Of a DNA stretch of 64,000 nt, positions 35,972-48,355 are shown one piece after another. The position numbers and the translations under genes were made by a program. Below the pieces are notes generated by a model. The model made no database searches. It was given only the letters and a program-made list of their open reading frames with translations, and was not told the DNA's origin. Numbering within the stretch: position 1 is the stretch's first letter; every line of letters begins with the position of its first letter. Source of the stretch: Felis catus (taxonomy: Eukaryota); assembly GCF_018350175.1 (NCBI RefSeq), contig NC_058368.1:194248001-194312000 (forward strand), in the 5' to 3' direction.

Positions 35972-38900
35972 AAAATATCAGTGTAGAAGATTCTGAGCTC
36001 ACCTCCTCCCATGGACACACCAGTTACAAATATACATATAACAAGTTTCTCTAAAAAAGACCTAAGACTAGCAGAATAGCTCTTCCACAACACAGGGGGG
36101 AAGGAAGGAAGGAAGGAAGGAAGGAAGGAAGGAAGGAAGGAAGGAAGGAAGGAAGGAAGGGAGGGAGGGAGGGAGGGAGGGAGGGAGGGAGGGAGGGAGG
36201 GAGGGAGGGAGGGAGGGAGGGAGGAAGGAAGGAAGGAAAGAAAAAGAAAAGAAGGAAGGAAGGAGAGAGAGAGGAGAAAAGGAAGGGAGGGAGGGAGGGA
36301 GACCACATTCAGATGAATAAAAGGGGCAGCTAAGTGGTATTTCCTGGACTCCCACCATTACCCATAAGAGGAAGAGACATCACAAGTGTGTGGCTCCACA
36401 TTGAGGAGTGAGTGGTCCAAGCCCCATAATGGACACCACAGCCCATGGGACCTGCAGTGGAAAGGACCCCCAAAATGACTGCCTTTGAAATCCACTGGTG
36501 ATAACCTCTGGGGGATCAGGAGAGCTATAAAAAACCAAGAGTCCACTCCTAAAGGGCTTGTGAGCTGGCTCACTCACTATGAATCCCTATAGTAGAGGCA
36601 GTAGCTCGAGAAGTGCTTGGGTAGTGTGTAAGGAAGATTCATTGACTAGTCAGTGGAGTATATCAAAAGACCAATAGTCAGTTGGATATTTCTCTAGGAA
36701 CAGAGGATCTAACAGATGTTTTTCGGGAGGGGGGAGGCTTGTTTTTGTGCTTTTTTTTTCACTCTCCTTATTCCTTGTTAGCTTGGCACTAGCAGGTGCC
36801 ATTTTTGATGCTCTCAATTTTCCTTGTTAGTGCCACTCACCCTGTCCTATATCCCCCTGAAGCCCTGCCCTACAGCCAGCCTAGTGCTCATCTACCACAG
36901 ACCCTACCCAAAAGACCCAGAATGGGGCCTCACCCTAGCCCAGTGATTTTCTACCATGGCCCTTGCCTTGACAGACTCAGTGCAAAGGTTTGCCCTGGGC
37001 TGGTACTCCTCCACCACAGCCCCTACCCTGCCTGACCAGAAGGTGTACACATCCGTGCAGGGGACATCTGTGAATGTCTGTCCAGGGGGGCTTACATTTC
37101 TGGGTCCCATAAAACTAAAACATTGAGACAGAACTTGGCAGGCTACCACCCTGAGGGCACTGGACAGACTCCCAGCCTTCCAGTGGCAATTTCTTCAATA
37201 TTGGGAGACAGCTACTTCATTTAATACAAAGATACAAACACAGAGAGGCAGGAAAAATGAGGAGATGTAGGAATATATTGCAAAACAAAGAACAAGAAAA
37301 ACCTCAGAAAGTCATTAATGAAATAGAGATAAGCAATCTACCACATAGCTCAAAGTAATAGTCACAAAAGTGCTCATTAACTTGGGAAAAGAATCAATGG
37401 ACACAGTGAGATCTTTAAACAAGGACCCAGAAAATATAATAAAGCTTCAAACAGCAGTTATACAGCTGAAGAATATAACTAAAATGAAAAGTACACTATA
37501 GGGGTCAACAGCAGACTAGATGAAGCAGAAGAAAAGATTAGCAAGCAGGAAGACAAAGCAATGGAAGTCACCCAAAAAGAAAAACTAAATAAATACGATA
37601 AAGTGAAGATTCCTTAAGAGACCTTTTCATCAACATCAAGGAGAATAACATTTGCATATGTCAGAAGAAGAGATAGAAAAAGGGCGAGAAAACGTACTTG
37701 AAGAAATAATGGCTAAAAATTTCCATAATTTGGGCAAGAAAACAGACATTCAGGCCCAGGAAGCATAGAGAGTCCCAAACAAAATGAACCCAGAGATCCA
37801 CACCAAGACAGATTGTAATTAAAATGCCCAAAGTTAAATAGAAAAAGAGCATCTTAAAAGCAGCTAGAGAAAAATAGCTTCTTACTTAAAAGGGAAGCTC
37901 CATAAAGCTATCAGATTTCTCAGCAGAAACTACAGATCAGAAGAGAGGGGTGTGACATATTCAAGTACTAAATAGAGAAAGGAAAAAAAACGTTTCCAAC
38001 CCAGAATTCCCCACTTGGCAAAGTTATCATTCAGAACTGAAGGAGAGATCAGATAAGCAAAAGCTGAAGGAGTACATCACCGCTAAACCAGACTCACAAG
38101 AAATGTTAAAGAGATTTATGTGAGCTGAAAGAAACAAACTAAGTAATAATAAAAATACAAAAGTAAAAATATCACTGGAAAAGGTAAATATGAAGTAAAG
38201 AAAGAAAAGAAAGTAGAAAAACATACTTGATAAGAAGTATTTATAAAATATTTATAAAAAGCTTTATAAGAAGCAAGTATGAAGATTAAAAGACAAAAAA
38301 TAAAATTAAAACTATAGTAATTAGTCAAGGGATACATGAAATAACAAGATTTAAAATGTGACATCAAAAATATAAAATATGGATGGGTAAATAAAAATGT
38401 AATGCTTTGGATATGTTCAAATTTAAGCTGCTATCAAGTTAAAATAGACTGTTATATACATAGACTGCTATATGTGAACCTCATGGTAACCACAAAGCCA
38501 ATAGTCATAGTAAATAAAAGAAAATGAGAAAGGATTCTAAACATAACAATAAAGAAAGCCATCAAACCACAAGGGAAGAGAGAAAGAGTAGAAGGTAACA
38601 GAGAGGAACTATGGAAACAGCCAGAAAACTATTAGCAAACTGGCAACAGCTACATGCTTATCAATAATAACTTTGAATGTAAATGGACTAAACTATCGAA
38701 GCCCAGAGTGGTTGAGTGGATTAAAAAAAAAAACAAGATTCATCTATAGGCTGCCTACAAGAGACTCACTTCAGAAGTAAGGACAAACACAGATTGAAAG
38801 TAAAAGCATGAGGAAAGATATTTCATGCAAGCAGAAATGAAAAGAAAGTTAGTGTAGTTTTGCTTCTATCAGAAAAAATAGACTTTAAAATGAAGACTGT

Positions 38901-41900
38901 AATAAAGGACAAAGAAGGACATTACATAATGATAAAAGGGTCAAAAAGATCCAGCAAAAAGATATAACATTTGTAAATATGTATGTCCCCAAAACAGAAG
39001 CATGAAAATATATAAAGCAAATATTATTACTTATGTTGGGGTAATTCAACCTATTCACCTAAGGGGAGGAATTGATAGAAATATAATAAGAGTATAGGAC
39101 TTTAATATTCTTCATATGTCAATGGATAGATCAATTAGAGTATCAATAAGGAAACGCCAACCTTAAACAACATCATATGTGCCTACAGAGTATTTTCTAG
39201 GATAGATGAAATGTTAGGCCACAAAACAAGTTTCAATGGATTTAGCAAGACTGAAATCATATTAAGCATCTTTTCTGACCACAATGGTATGAAATTAGAA
39301 ATAATTTACGAAATAAAGGAGAAGAGAAAAATGTGGAGATTAAACATATGCTACTAAACAACCAATGGGTCAAAGAAACCAAGTAAGAAACCAAAAAATA
39401 CACAGAGACAAATGAAAACAGAAATATGCTATACTAAAATCTTTACAATGCAGCAAAAGTAGTTTTAAGAGGAAAGTTCATAGCAATATAAGCCTACATC
39501 AAGACACAAGGAAAGCCTCAAATAAACAATCTAACTTTACACTTAAAGGAACTCAAACAAGAAGAACAAATGGAGCCTAAAGTTAGTTGAAGGAAGGAAA
39601 TAATAAAGATCAGAGAAGAAATAAATGAAGTGGAAACTAAAAAAGAAATTTAAAAAGATCAAAGAAACTGAGAGTTGGTTCTTTGAAAATGTAAGCAAAA
39701 TTTTCAAATCTTAGCTAGACTAACCAAGAAAAAGAGAGGTCTCAAAATCAGAAATGAAAGAGAAATTATAGCTAATACCACATAAATACAAAGTATCAAA
39801 TAGACTACTACAAACAACTATATGTTAACGAATTAGATAAACTAGAAGAAATGGACAAATTCCTAGAAACACACAATCTTCCAAGACTGAATCATAAAGA
39901 AATAGAAAATCTGAATAGACTGATTACTAGTAAGGATAAGGAATCAGTAATCAAAAACCTCCAAACAAAAGTCCAGGACCAGACAGCTTCACTGGTGAAA
40001 TGTATCAAATATTTGAAGATGATTGAAGAACAGGGAGTACTCCCAAAACTCATTTTATAAGGCTGTACTAGTCTGATACAAAAACCAGACAATACTGCAA
40101 GAAAAGGTAACTATAGAGCAATATCCCTGAATAATATAGATACAAAAATACTCAATAAAATACTAGCAAACCAAATTTAACCGTACCTTAAAAGGATCAC
40201 ACACCATGATCAAGTGGAATTTATTTCAGTGATACAAAGATGGTTCAACATCTGCAAATCAATGTGATGCACCACATTAACAAAATGAAAGATAAAAATC
40301 ATACGATCATCTCAATAGATGAAGCAAAAATTCAACATCCATTTATGATAAAAACTCTCAACAAAGTAGGACTGGTGGAAATGTACCTCAACATAATAAA
40401 GGCTATATATGACAAACCCACAGCTGACTTCATACTCAATGGAGAAAAGCTGAAAGCTTTTTCTCTAACATCAGGAACAAGACAGAAATGCCTACTCTTG
40501 CTACTTTTTTTTTAAACATTTTATTTAAAATCCTAGCCATACCAATTAAGCCAGAAACAGAAATAAAAGTATCTAAGTCAGAAAGAAAGTAAAATGGTCA
40601 TGATTTGCAGATGACATATACTTTATATAGGAATTCCTAAAGCCTCCACCAAAAAATGATTAGAACTAATAAACGATTTCTGTGAAAATGCAGGATACAA
40701 AATCAATCTATAGAAATCAATAGAATTTATATACACTAATAATAGACTAGCAGAGAAATTAAAACAATCCCATTTACAATTCCAACAAAAACAACAAAAC
40801 ATCTAGGAATACATTTCACCAAGAAGGTGAAAGATCTCTACACTGGCAACATTAAGACATGGATGAAGGAAATTGAAGATGACACAAAGAAATGGAAATA
40901 TATTCTATACTTATAAATCGAAACAATCACTATTATTGACCCAAAGCAATCTACAGATTCAGTGCAACCTCTCAAAATTTCAATGGCATTGTTTTACAAA
41001 ACTAGAACAAATGATTCACAAATCTGTATGGAACCACAAAAGATCGCAAATAATAGCAAAAGTGACCTTGAGTAAAAAGAACAAGGAGGGAGGTATCATG
41101 CTCCATGACCTCAAGCTATAATCCAAAGCTATAGTAATCAAAACAATATGGTACTGGCATAAAAACAGATACAAAGATCAATGGTATAGAACTAACAGCC
41201 CAGAAATAGAAGCACACATATATAGATACTTTATGACAAAGGAGCCAGGAACATATAATGGAGAAAAGATAATCTCTTCAATAGATGAGATAGATGGGAA
41301 AACTGGACAGCTGCATGCAAAAAAATAAATAAATAAAATAAAACTAGACCGACCATATTACACCATATACAAGAACTAACTCAAAATTGATTCAAGACTT
41401 AAATGTAAGACCTGAAACTATAAAATTCTGGGAGCAAAACATAGGTGGTATACTCCTGACATTTGTTTAGTGATATTTTTGTAAATCTGACACCAAAGAC
41501 AAGGAAGCAGCAAAAACAAATCAAACTACATGAAGCTGAAAAGCTTCTGTACAGCAAAGAAAACCATCACCCAAACAAAAGGTAACCTACTGGATATGAG
41601 TAGGTATTTGCAAATCACATACCCACTAAGGGACTAATATCCAAAATACATCAAAACTCATACAAGTTAACACCAAGCAAATAACCTGATTTAAAAATGG
41701 GCAGAGGATCTGAATAGATATTTTTCCAAAAAAGACATACAGATAACCAACTGGTCCAAGAAAGAGTGTTCAACATCACAAATCATCACAGAAATTCAAA
41801 TCAAAACCACAGTGAGATAAAACCTCACACCAGTTAGGTTGGTTTTTATCAAAAAGACAAGAAATAACAAGCATTGCAGAGCATGTGGGGAAAAGAGAAC

Positions 41901-42570
41901 CCGTACACTGCTGGTGGGAATGTAAACTGGTATAGCTACTATGGGAAACAGTATGGAGATGCTAAAAAGGTTAAGAATAGAACTACCACATGATCCAGCT
42001 ATTCCACTTCTGGGTATTTAGCTGAAGAATACAAAATTCTAGTTTGAAAAGATATCTGCATCCTGATATTCACAGCAACATTATTTACAATAGCCAAGCT
42101 ATGGAAACAATATAAGTGTCCGTCAATAGATGTAGGGACAAAGATGATGTGGCATATATAAACAATGGAATACTCAGCCATAAAAAAGAGTGAAATGTCA
42201 CCACTTAGGATCACATGGATAGACGTTGAGGGTATTATGGTAAGTAAAATAAGCCAGAAGGAGAAAGACAAAAACACTAAGACTTCACTCCTATGGGAAT
42301 CTAAAAGAACTGAACAAAGCAACACAACAAACTCAAAGACACAAAGAACAGATTGGTGGTTACCATAAGAAATGGGGGGCGGAGGGGAGGGGTGGTGCTA
42401 AGGGGCAAAACTGGCAAAGGGGGTCAAATGTACGGTGACAACTGATAACTATTCTTTTGGAGGGGATCACTTTGCAAGGAATATATATGTCTAATATGCT
42501 GTTGTAAGCCTTACACTTACATAATGTTATATACTAACTTTACCTTAATTTAAAAAGAAAGAAAGAAAGA
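35972..42570 (+). mobile_element. Near full-length older L1 (L1MA9/early-carnivoran-like), heavily decayed, inserted in the MaLR internal region
   Basis: 5' UTR gaagattctgagctcacctcctcccatggacacacc; ORF1 remnant about 37257-38120; about 500-bp inter-ORF spacer; ORF2 remnant about 38640-42300 ([24 protein letters not shown]). Degenerate TSD aaaagtccatttaagg / aaaattccctttaaag (13/16). Confidence 0.92.
36094..36302 (+). repeat. 209-bp pure-purine tract: (GGAA)15(GGGA)16(GGAA)4 plus mixed A/G
   Basis: Read and counted directly. Confidence 0.97.
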
Positions 42571-42980
42571 AAAATTCCCTTTAAAGATCTTAAGAGTATA
42601 TGGAAGAGATCCTCTCTGTTTAAGTGTGGGATTTCTAAGAATCTTAAGGGCATTTCCCCTGCAGCCTAACAAGAAGTCTGAGGTAGATAAGGGCTTATCT
42701 CAATGATATTTGTAGCTGTGGCTTTTGTTTGAGTGAGTTAACCCAAGTAAGATCAGTAGGAAATCTGTAACACTTATGAGATAATTGTTTTGAGAGAAAC
42801 ACTGCTAGACATTTCTTATGGAAATGAAAGCATGACTCAGAGGGCAGATCCATGAGCCATAGAGAATCATTCTCAGACAGTAGTCCTGAAAACCAATCAA
42901 AGAAGCTGCAAAATATGCCTCTCTCAATTACAGAAATCCTATGGACCAGTGACTGATTTGTGCCTCCTATCTTCTCATTT

Positions 42981-43184
42981 TATTTTTTTAATGTTTATTT
43001 GTTTTTGAGAGAGAGAGAGTGAGCCATCAAGGGGCAGAGAGAGAGGGAGACACAGAATCTGAAGCAGGCTCCAGGATCTGAGCTGTCAGCACAGAGCCCA
43101 ATGGGGGGCTCGAACCCACGAACCATGAGCTCATGACCTGAGCTGAAGTCGGATGCTTAACCTACTGAGCCACCCAGGAACCCC
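42981..43184 (-). mobile_element. Feliform CAN-SINE
   Basis: Antisense full copy. TSD cctatcttctcatttt / cctatcctctcatttt. Confidence 0.95.
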
Positions 43185-43554
43185 CTATCCTCTCATTTTT
43201 AAATCAAAGTGTCTTTAGTGGTTATCCTATGCCAATTCCACCATGGTATGTTGGATGTTTGTAGGGAATAAAACTGTGTCTACAGACCACACTTCTTTGA
43301 ATCAAAAGAAACTGTCCTTAGAAGCTCCAAGGAACTTCACCCACTCTTGCACCTGCTTCAGATGATGAGATCCTGGACTTCAGACCTGAGCCTGAAAATG
43401 TAATGGGGGGCGGGGGGGGGGGGGGGATGAGACTTTGGTGAGAGTACATTGATGGAAAGGTTAATGTATTTTGCACATATGGGGGAAGGATATGAATTAC
43501 CATGGCCAAAGGATTGACTGAGGCTGATTATATTTTTTGAAAACAGTCATAGAA

Positions 43555-43733
43555 GGGGTGCTGGGGTGGCTCACTCAGTTCAGCATCTGACTCTTGATTT
43601 GGGCTCAGGTCATGATCTCATGGTTATGAGATCAAGCCCCACATCAGGTTCCTCACTGGACATAGAGCTTGCTTAATATTCTCTCTTTCCCTCTTCCTCT
43701 GTTCCTCCCCTGTTCACATGTATGCTCTCTCAG

Positions 43734-43772
<39 letters not shown>

Positions 43773-43795
43773 ATAGTAAGAAACAAAGATTTTTA
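43555..43795 (+). mobile_element. Older CAN-SINE with (TAAA)n tail, inserted in the 3' LTR
   Basis: ggggtgctggggtggctcactcagttcagcatctgactcttgatttgggctcaggtcatgatctc head. Confidence 0.92.
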
Positions 43796-45070
43796 AAACA
43801 TAGTCATGAAATTATTTCAGATCCCATATGTTCTTCTATAACCTTGCTTTCCCCACCAAATTATACAGTGTATTTCTCTTCCTCTTAGACCTTGACTCTC
43901 TTGTGACTATTCTAGCCAATAAAGTATGCTGAGAGTAATACTACATAATTCACAACACCAGATCTTTAAAAGGATACAGTTTCCACACGTTCTCTTCATT
44001 TAGAACATTGGCCCTGGAGAAGCCAGCAACCATCCCTTGAAGAAGCCCAAAGCAACCCATGCAAAGAGGCCCACATGGAAGGGAACTTTGATACCTAGCC
44101 AAGAGCTAGCATCAACCACCAGAACATGTGAGTGAACAAATGCACAAATGACCCCAGCTCCTAGCCTTCAAGTCTTCCATCGCAGTTTCCAGGAAGCAAG
44201 GGAACAGAGACAAGCCATCCTTGATACATCGTGTCCGAATTCCTGACTCCCAGACTTTGGAAATGTAACAAGTAATTATATTGCAACATGAAATTTTGGG
44301 ATAATTTGTTTTGCACTGTTAGATAACCACAATGGTAAAAGGAGTGGCCACCTGCAACACTTTCACTCTGCTCAGTAATCAGATAGATAAAACCATTATG
44401 AAAGTGCTTTCATATCCAATAATGTATTTGATGTTTATTAAAAAAGCATGGTAAACATTTTCATTTCTGAATTTACTGTAGCAGATTCTGGTAATAAAAA
44501 TTAGTGGTCTAAACCCACAGCTTTTAAAATCCAATTGAACCACACAAAACTGAAACCACAGAAATTAAAGTAACTCGACCAAAATAATCTACTAGTAAAA
44601 AACAAAACCACATTTTCTGAGTAAAAATTTTTTCTGACCCAAATTTCCTGCCTATAAATCCAATGCTTATATTAAATATTAATATCTTGTTCATGAATGC
44701 CTATGAAACCCAAGTATAAATTAGGGATGTTGGCTCCTTCAAAGAAAGGACAACCCAGCATCCCTAGGAATTAAAATTCTTTCATTTAATTATGTGGAAA
44801 GAAATGCTTAGGTTACTACCATGCTCTTTGGGAAGTCACCAATTCAATTCCCCATGAATGATATCAGAATGTTTATAGAAAATACAAACATATATCTTAC
44901 ACATCAAACTGACTAGAATATCAACTCCACCACAAGAGTATAAAGTTTGCCTGTTTTGTTATTATATTCCCAGTGACTGAAACAGTATCTGAATTTTGGT
45001 AAGTGCTCAGTAACTTTGTGTTACATGAATAGACCTAGAAAAATTTCAAAAGCCATTTTCCCACATTCAC

Positions 45071-45426
45071 TGTCTTACAGACCAAACTGTACTCACCTCT
45101 CCATTCATTTCTTAAAGCCCAAATCCTCATTTGGAGCCAGAGCTTTGGGGAGGTAATTCAGTTTAAAAGGAGGTCATTAGAGTGGGACCCTTCTAAGAGA
45201 TTAGTGCCCTTAAAAGAAAAGGCACCAGAGGACTTGCTCTGGCTCTCTTTGCCTTGAGGAAGACACAGGATAAAGACAGCCATGTGCAAGCCAGGAACAG
45301 GGCCCTTAGCAGAAACTGAATCAGTCAGCACCTTGATCTTGGACTTCCCAGCCTGCAGAATTGTGAAAAATCAATTCCAGTTGTTTAAGCCTATGGTATT
45401 TTGTTATGGAAACCTGAGCTAATAGA
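45071..45426 (+). mobile_element. MLT1A-like solo LTR
   Basis: gctttggggaggtaatt...gattagtgcccttaaaagaa...gcaccttgatcttggacttcccagcctgcagaattgtga...ctatggtattttgttatgg. Confidence 0.88.
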
Positions 45427-45964
45427 ACTCTAAGGCTCTAATCAGATAAATTCAGAATAAATTATAGGAAATAAAGTTTCCATGAAAAACTTCAAACCTC
45501 ATGGGGAACTTAAAAATTCATGGAAATAAGCTCCCCTATTTTACCAGTGGGGAAAATGAACATCTGCCTCAGGTCACATGACTACTTGACATCATAAAAC
45601 TGCAGAGGCATCTCCTATTTCAATGTTCTTTTTTAAGTCTGGTAAATTTATTACTTCCAAAGGGCTATGCAGAACTAAAATACAGATTTAGAAAAACTAA
45701 TGTATCACTAAAGGAGAATATGGTATTTTTTATCATGTCCCTAACCTTTGAAACTAAGATCTCAGGGAACAGTTGTTTTCTTCCATCCCTGTCTCTTGGG
45801 TTATTGCTTGAAACAGACACCTTACATGGCGATCTTTGGAAGATACTGCTGGTTTGTGTCTAGGTTTCTTATTGAATATAAGTGGAAACTAAGATTCAGG
45901 AATGATAAAGGGGGGGTTTCTAGCCTTGCAGTTACAAAGAGAGAATTATAAAAAGAGGATAATC

Positions 45965-46190
45965 TTACCTTTATTAACATTTGAGTGATTACCAAGTGCC
46001 ATACATTGAACTAAGTGCTTTACCACCATCTTTTAAAAATCTCTTATCAACAGTAAGATAGAAACAACCAAACACATCTCCCATTTATAGATGAGAAAAA
46101 CAGAGAATGGAAATCATTTGTCCCAAATCAAACAGTGAATTGGTGATAGATTTGAACCCAGGTATGCCTGACTCTTAGGTCTAGGATATA
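45965..46190 (-). mobile_element. MIR
   Basis: taacatttgagtgattaccaagtgcca...ctcccatttatagatgagaaaa...tttgaacccaggtatgcctgactc. Confidence 0.8.
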
Positions 46191-46334
46191 GTTTATAAAG
46201 AAAGTGGCTTCTGGTTACTACAGCATGTCCTTTGACCCAATGGGGCTGTTGCCACATCCTCCTTCCCTGAGTTTAGGATTCTGTGATAAGACTCACATTT
46301 AATCAGAGGTCCCTCTTAATGAAAACAAAGTACT

Positions 46335-46631
46335 GTTATGCTAAGTGAAATAAGTCATACAGAGAAAGACAGATACGATATGTTTTCACTCTTATGTGGA
46401 TCCTGAGAAACTTAACAGAAGACCATGGGGGAAGGAAAGGAGGGAAAAAAAGTTAGAGAGGGAGGAGCCAAACCATAAGAGACTCTTAAAAACTGAGAAT
46501 AAACTGAGGGTTGATGGGGGGTGGGAGGGAGGGGAGGGTGGGTGATGGGTATTGAGGAGGGCACCTGTTGGGATGAGCACTGGGTGTTGAATGGAAATCA
46601 GTTTGACAATAAATTTCATATTAAAAAAAAC
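46335..46631 (+). mobile_element. Young 5'-truncated felid L1 (3' UTR)
   Basis: Near-identical to the 3' part of the copy at 16576-17253. Perfect 13-bp TSD aaaacaaagtact (46322-46334, 46632-46644). Confidence 0.96.
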
Positions 46632-47129
46632 AAAACAAAGTACTTTTGCAAAGAACATTCTTTCCTACTGACCATTACTTCCCTGTCTCCCTTATTCTCC
46701 CCAGAACATCTTCATCAATGTTGCACTTCATTACTGACTATAGGGTCTCAGGCTTCATTACACCTACTCTAGAATACCCTCTTGTGTGTTTTTCCTCCGT
46801 TTGCTAACATGAGGATTGGGGTGAAGAGAAAGTCAGCAGGCCTTCATTTAGCCAGCTGGTCTTCAGAAGTTCACACACGTCACTGCCAAGATACAGGTCC
46901 TAGGAAAGGAGTCTGAAAGTTTGCTACATCCCATTTGTTTTCTTTCAAAGGCCACTGCACTGGCTGTAGACAGATATCTGGAAGGCTACATATGAGGATA
47001 TTTACTCCACGCCTACCCACAGATGTCTTTACCAAGTTTCATAGCATAAGTTTGATTTCTTTCCCAAGCTTCAATTTGTAAGTAGGGATTCACAAAAGTT
47101 ATGGCTGAATACATACTATAATTATGACT

Positions 47130-47780
47130 TATGAAAGCTAATATTTGAATACTCACATGCTAGACAATATACAAAATACTTAATAATACCTCATTTAATG
47201 CTCACATGAACCCTTTCATGTAGGCATTATCATTATCCCCCTTCTAGGAATGAATAAGCTAAGAATCAGAAGGGCAAGTCACATAGCTAATAAAACATGG
47301 AGTTGGCTTTAAAGTCAAAGTAGAGCCTATGTTCTTTACCACTGTGCAATAAAAGCTAATAGAGATGATTATGATACTGTTAAGGATAACAACAGCAGCA
47401 ACAAAAATCACAGCCACACTCCCTGCATTGTGACAAGTACTTTACATGCACCATTTCATTGAGCCCTCCCAGTTCTTCGTGGGATGTGGTATCAGTATCT
47501 TCAGCTTACCTGAAGAAACTGAGTTTAGAGAAGTTAAACACCTTTCTCAGTGCTGCACAGACGATGACAGCACCAGGACGGGGCCAGTGCCAGTCCAACC
47601 ACCCAAGCTCTTATTAATTACTAACACTAGCACCTTATTTTAAAGGTAGGGAAATGGAGGCTCAGACAGGGAAAGGGCCAGACCCCTATATCCACAACAA
47701 GCTTGCTGAGAAGTCTGGTGGTGACATCCCCCAAGCCTGGATTACCGACTCCCAGGCAAGTGTTCTCTCCTTAGTGCCAC
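47130..47780 (-). mobile_element. Cluster of MIR fragments
   Basis: Repeated ctcatttaat / gaagaaactgag / ggaaatggaggctcaga MIR cores. Confidence 0.7.
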
Positions 47781-48154
47781 CTATGAGAAAACTCAACCAG
47801 GTCTCATTTCAAGCAGTGGAGGAATGTTCTGAGAAACAGTGGGGGCAGAGTGGCCCTGGAGCCAGAAAATAAGAACTGAACCATGTATTAGCTGCTTCAC
47901 TTTGACTAAGACACTTAACTTGTCTCTGGCTCTTCCTCCGTCACTAGAGAACTTATTATGTGATTGGAAAGTTTTTCCATTAGAGACTATTCCAAGACAG
48001 TGAGTAGGCAAGAGCTAAATTAGGCTGTAAAAATATTAACTGCTATCATTTGAGACTGAATAGATCTCTATGGGTCAAAGTAATAAAAAGTGCCTTAATT
48101 GAGAAGGTGGCACCTAAGGTTGGCTCTGCACTATATTAGAACAGTAACTTCTTT

Positions 48155-48355
48155 TTAAATTATGTTATTACTATGTATCAGGTCCTGAAATAGGTAATTT
48201 ACATGTATGGTTTCAGTTTTTCCTTATGAAACCCTATACATTTACTATTATTATGGTTCCTATTCTGGAGGTATAGTAACTGAGGTCCAGAATGGTGCAT
48301 GTTTAAAGAGCTGGTAGATGACACAGCCAAGATTCAAACTGGGATTTAGACTCCA
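48155..48355 (-). mobile_element. MIR
   Basis: ttactatgtatcagg...aactgaggtccaga...gacacagccaagattcaaact. Confidence 0.7.

Larger units (their letters stand above)
34494..44333 (+). mobile_element. Complete old MaLR provirus (MLT1G/H-like): 5' LTR about 34494-35050, internal about 35051-35970 plus 42587-43518, 3' LTR about 43519-44333
   Basis: Two co-oriented homologous LTRs (tttcagtcccacatgtctttccagaacctt vs tttcagatcccatatgttcttctataacctt; aaaagaatacagcttccac vs aaaggatacagtttccac) flank MLT-internal-like sequence starting gatttttacacctggaagt. Confidence 0.8.

Noticed and set aside
35782..36358. 174-aa and overlapping Pro/Ser/Leu-rich ORFs
   Set aside because: Antisense reading of the GGAA/GGGA tract and a SINE.
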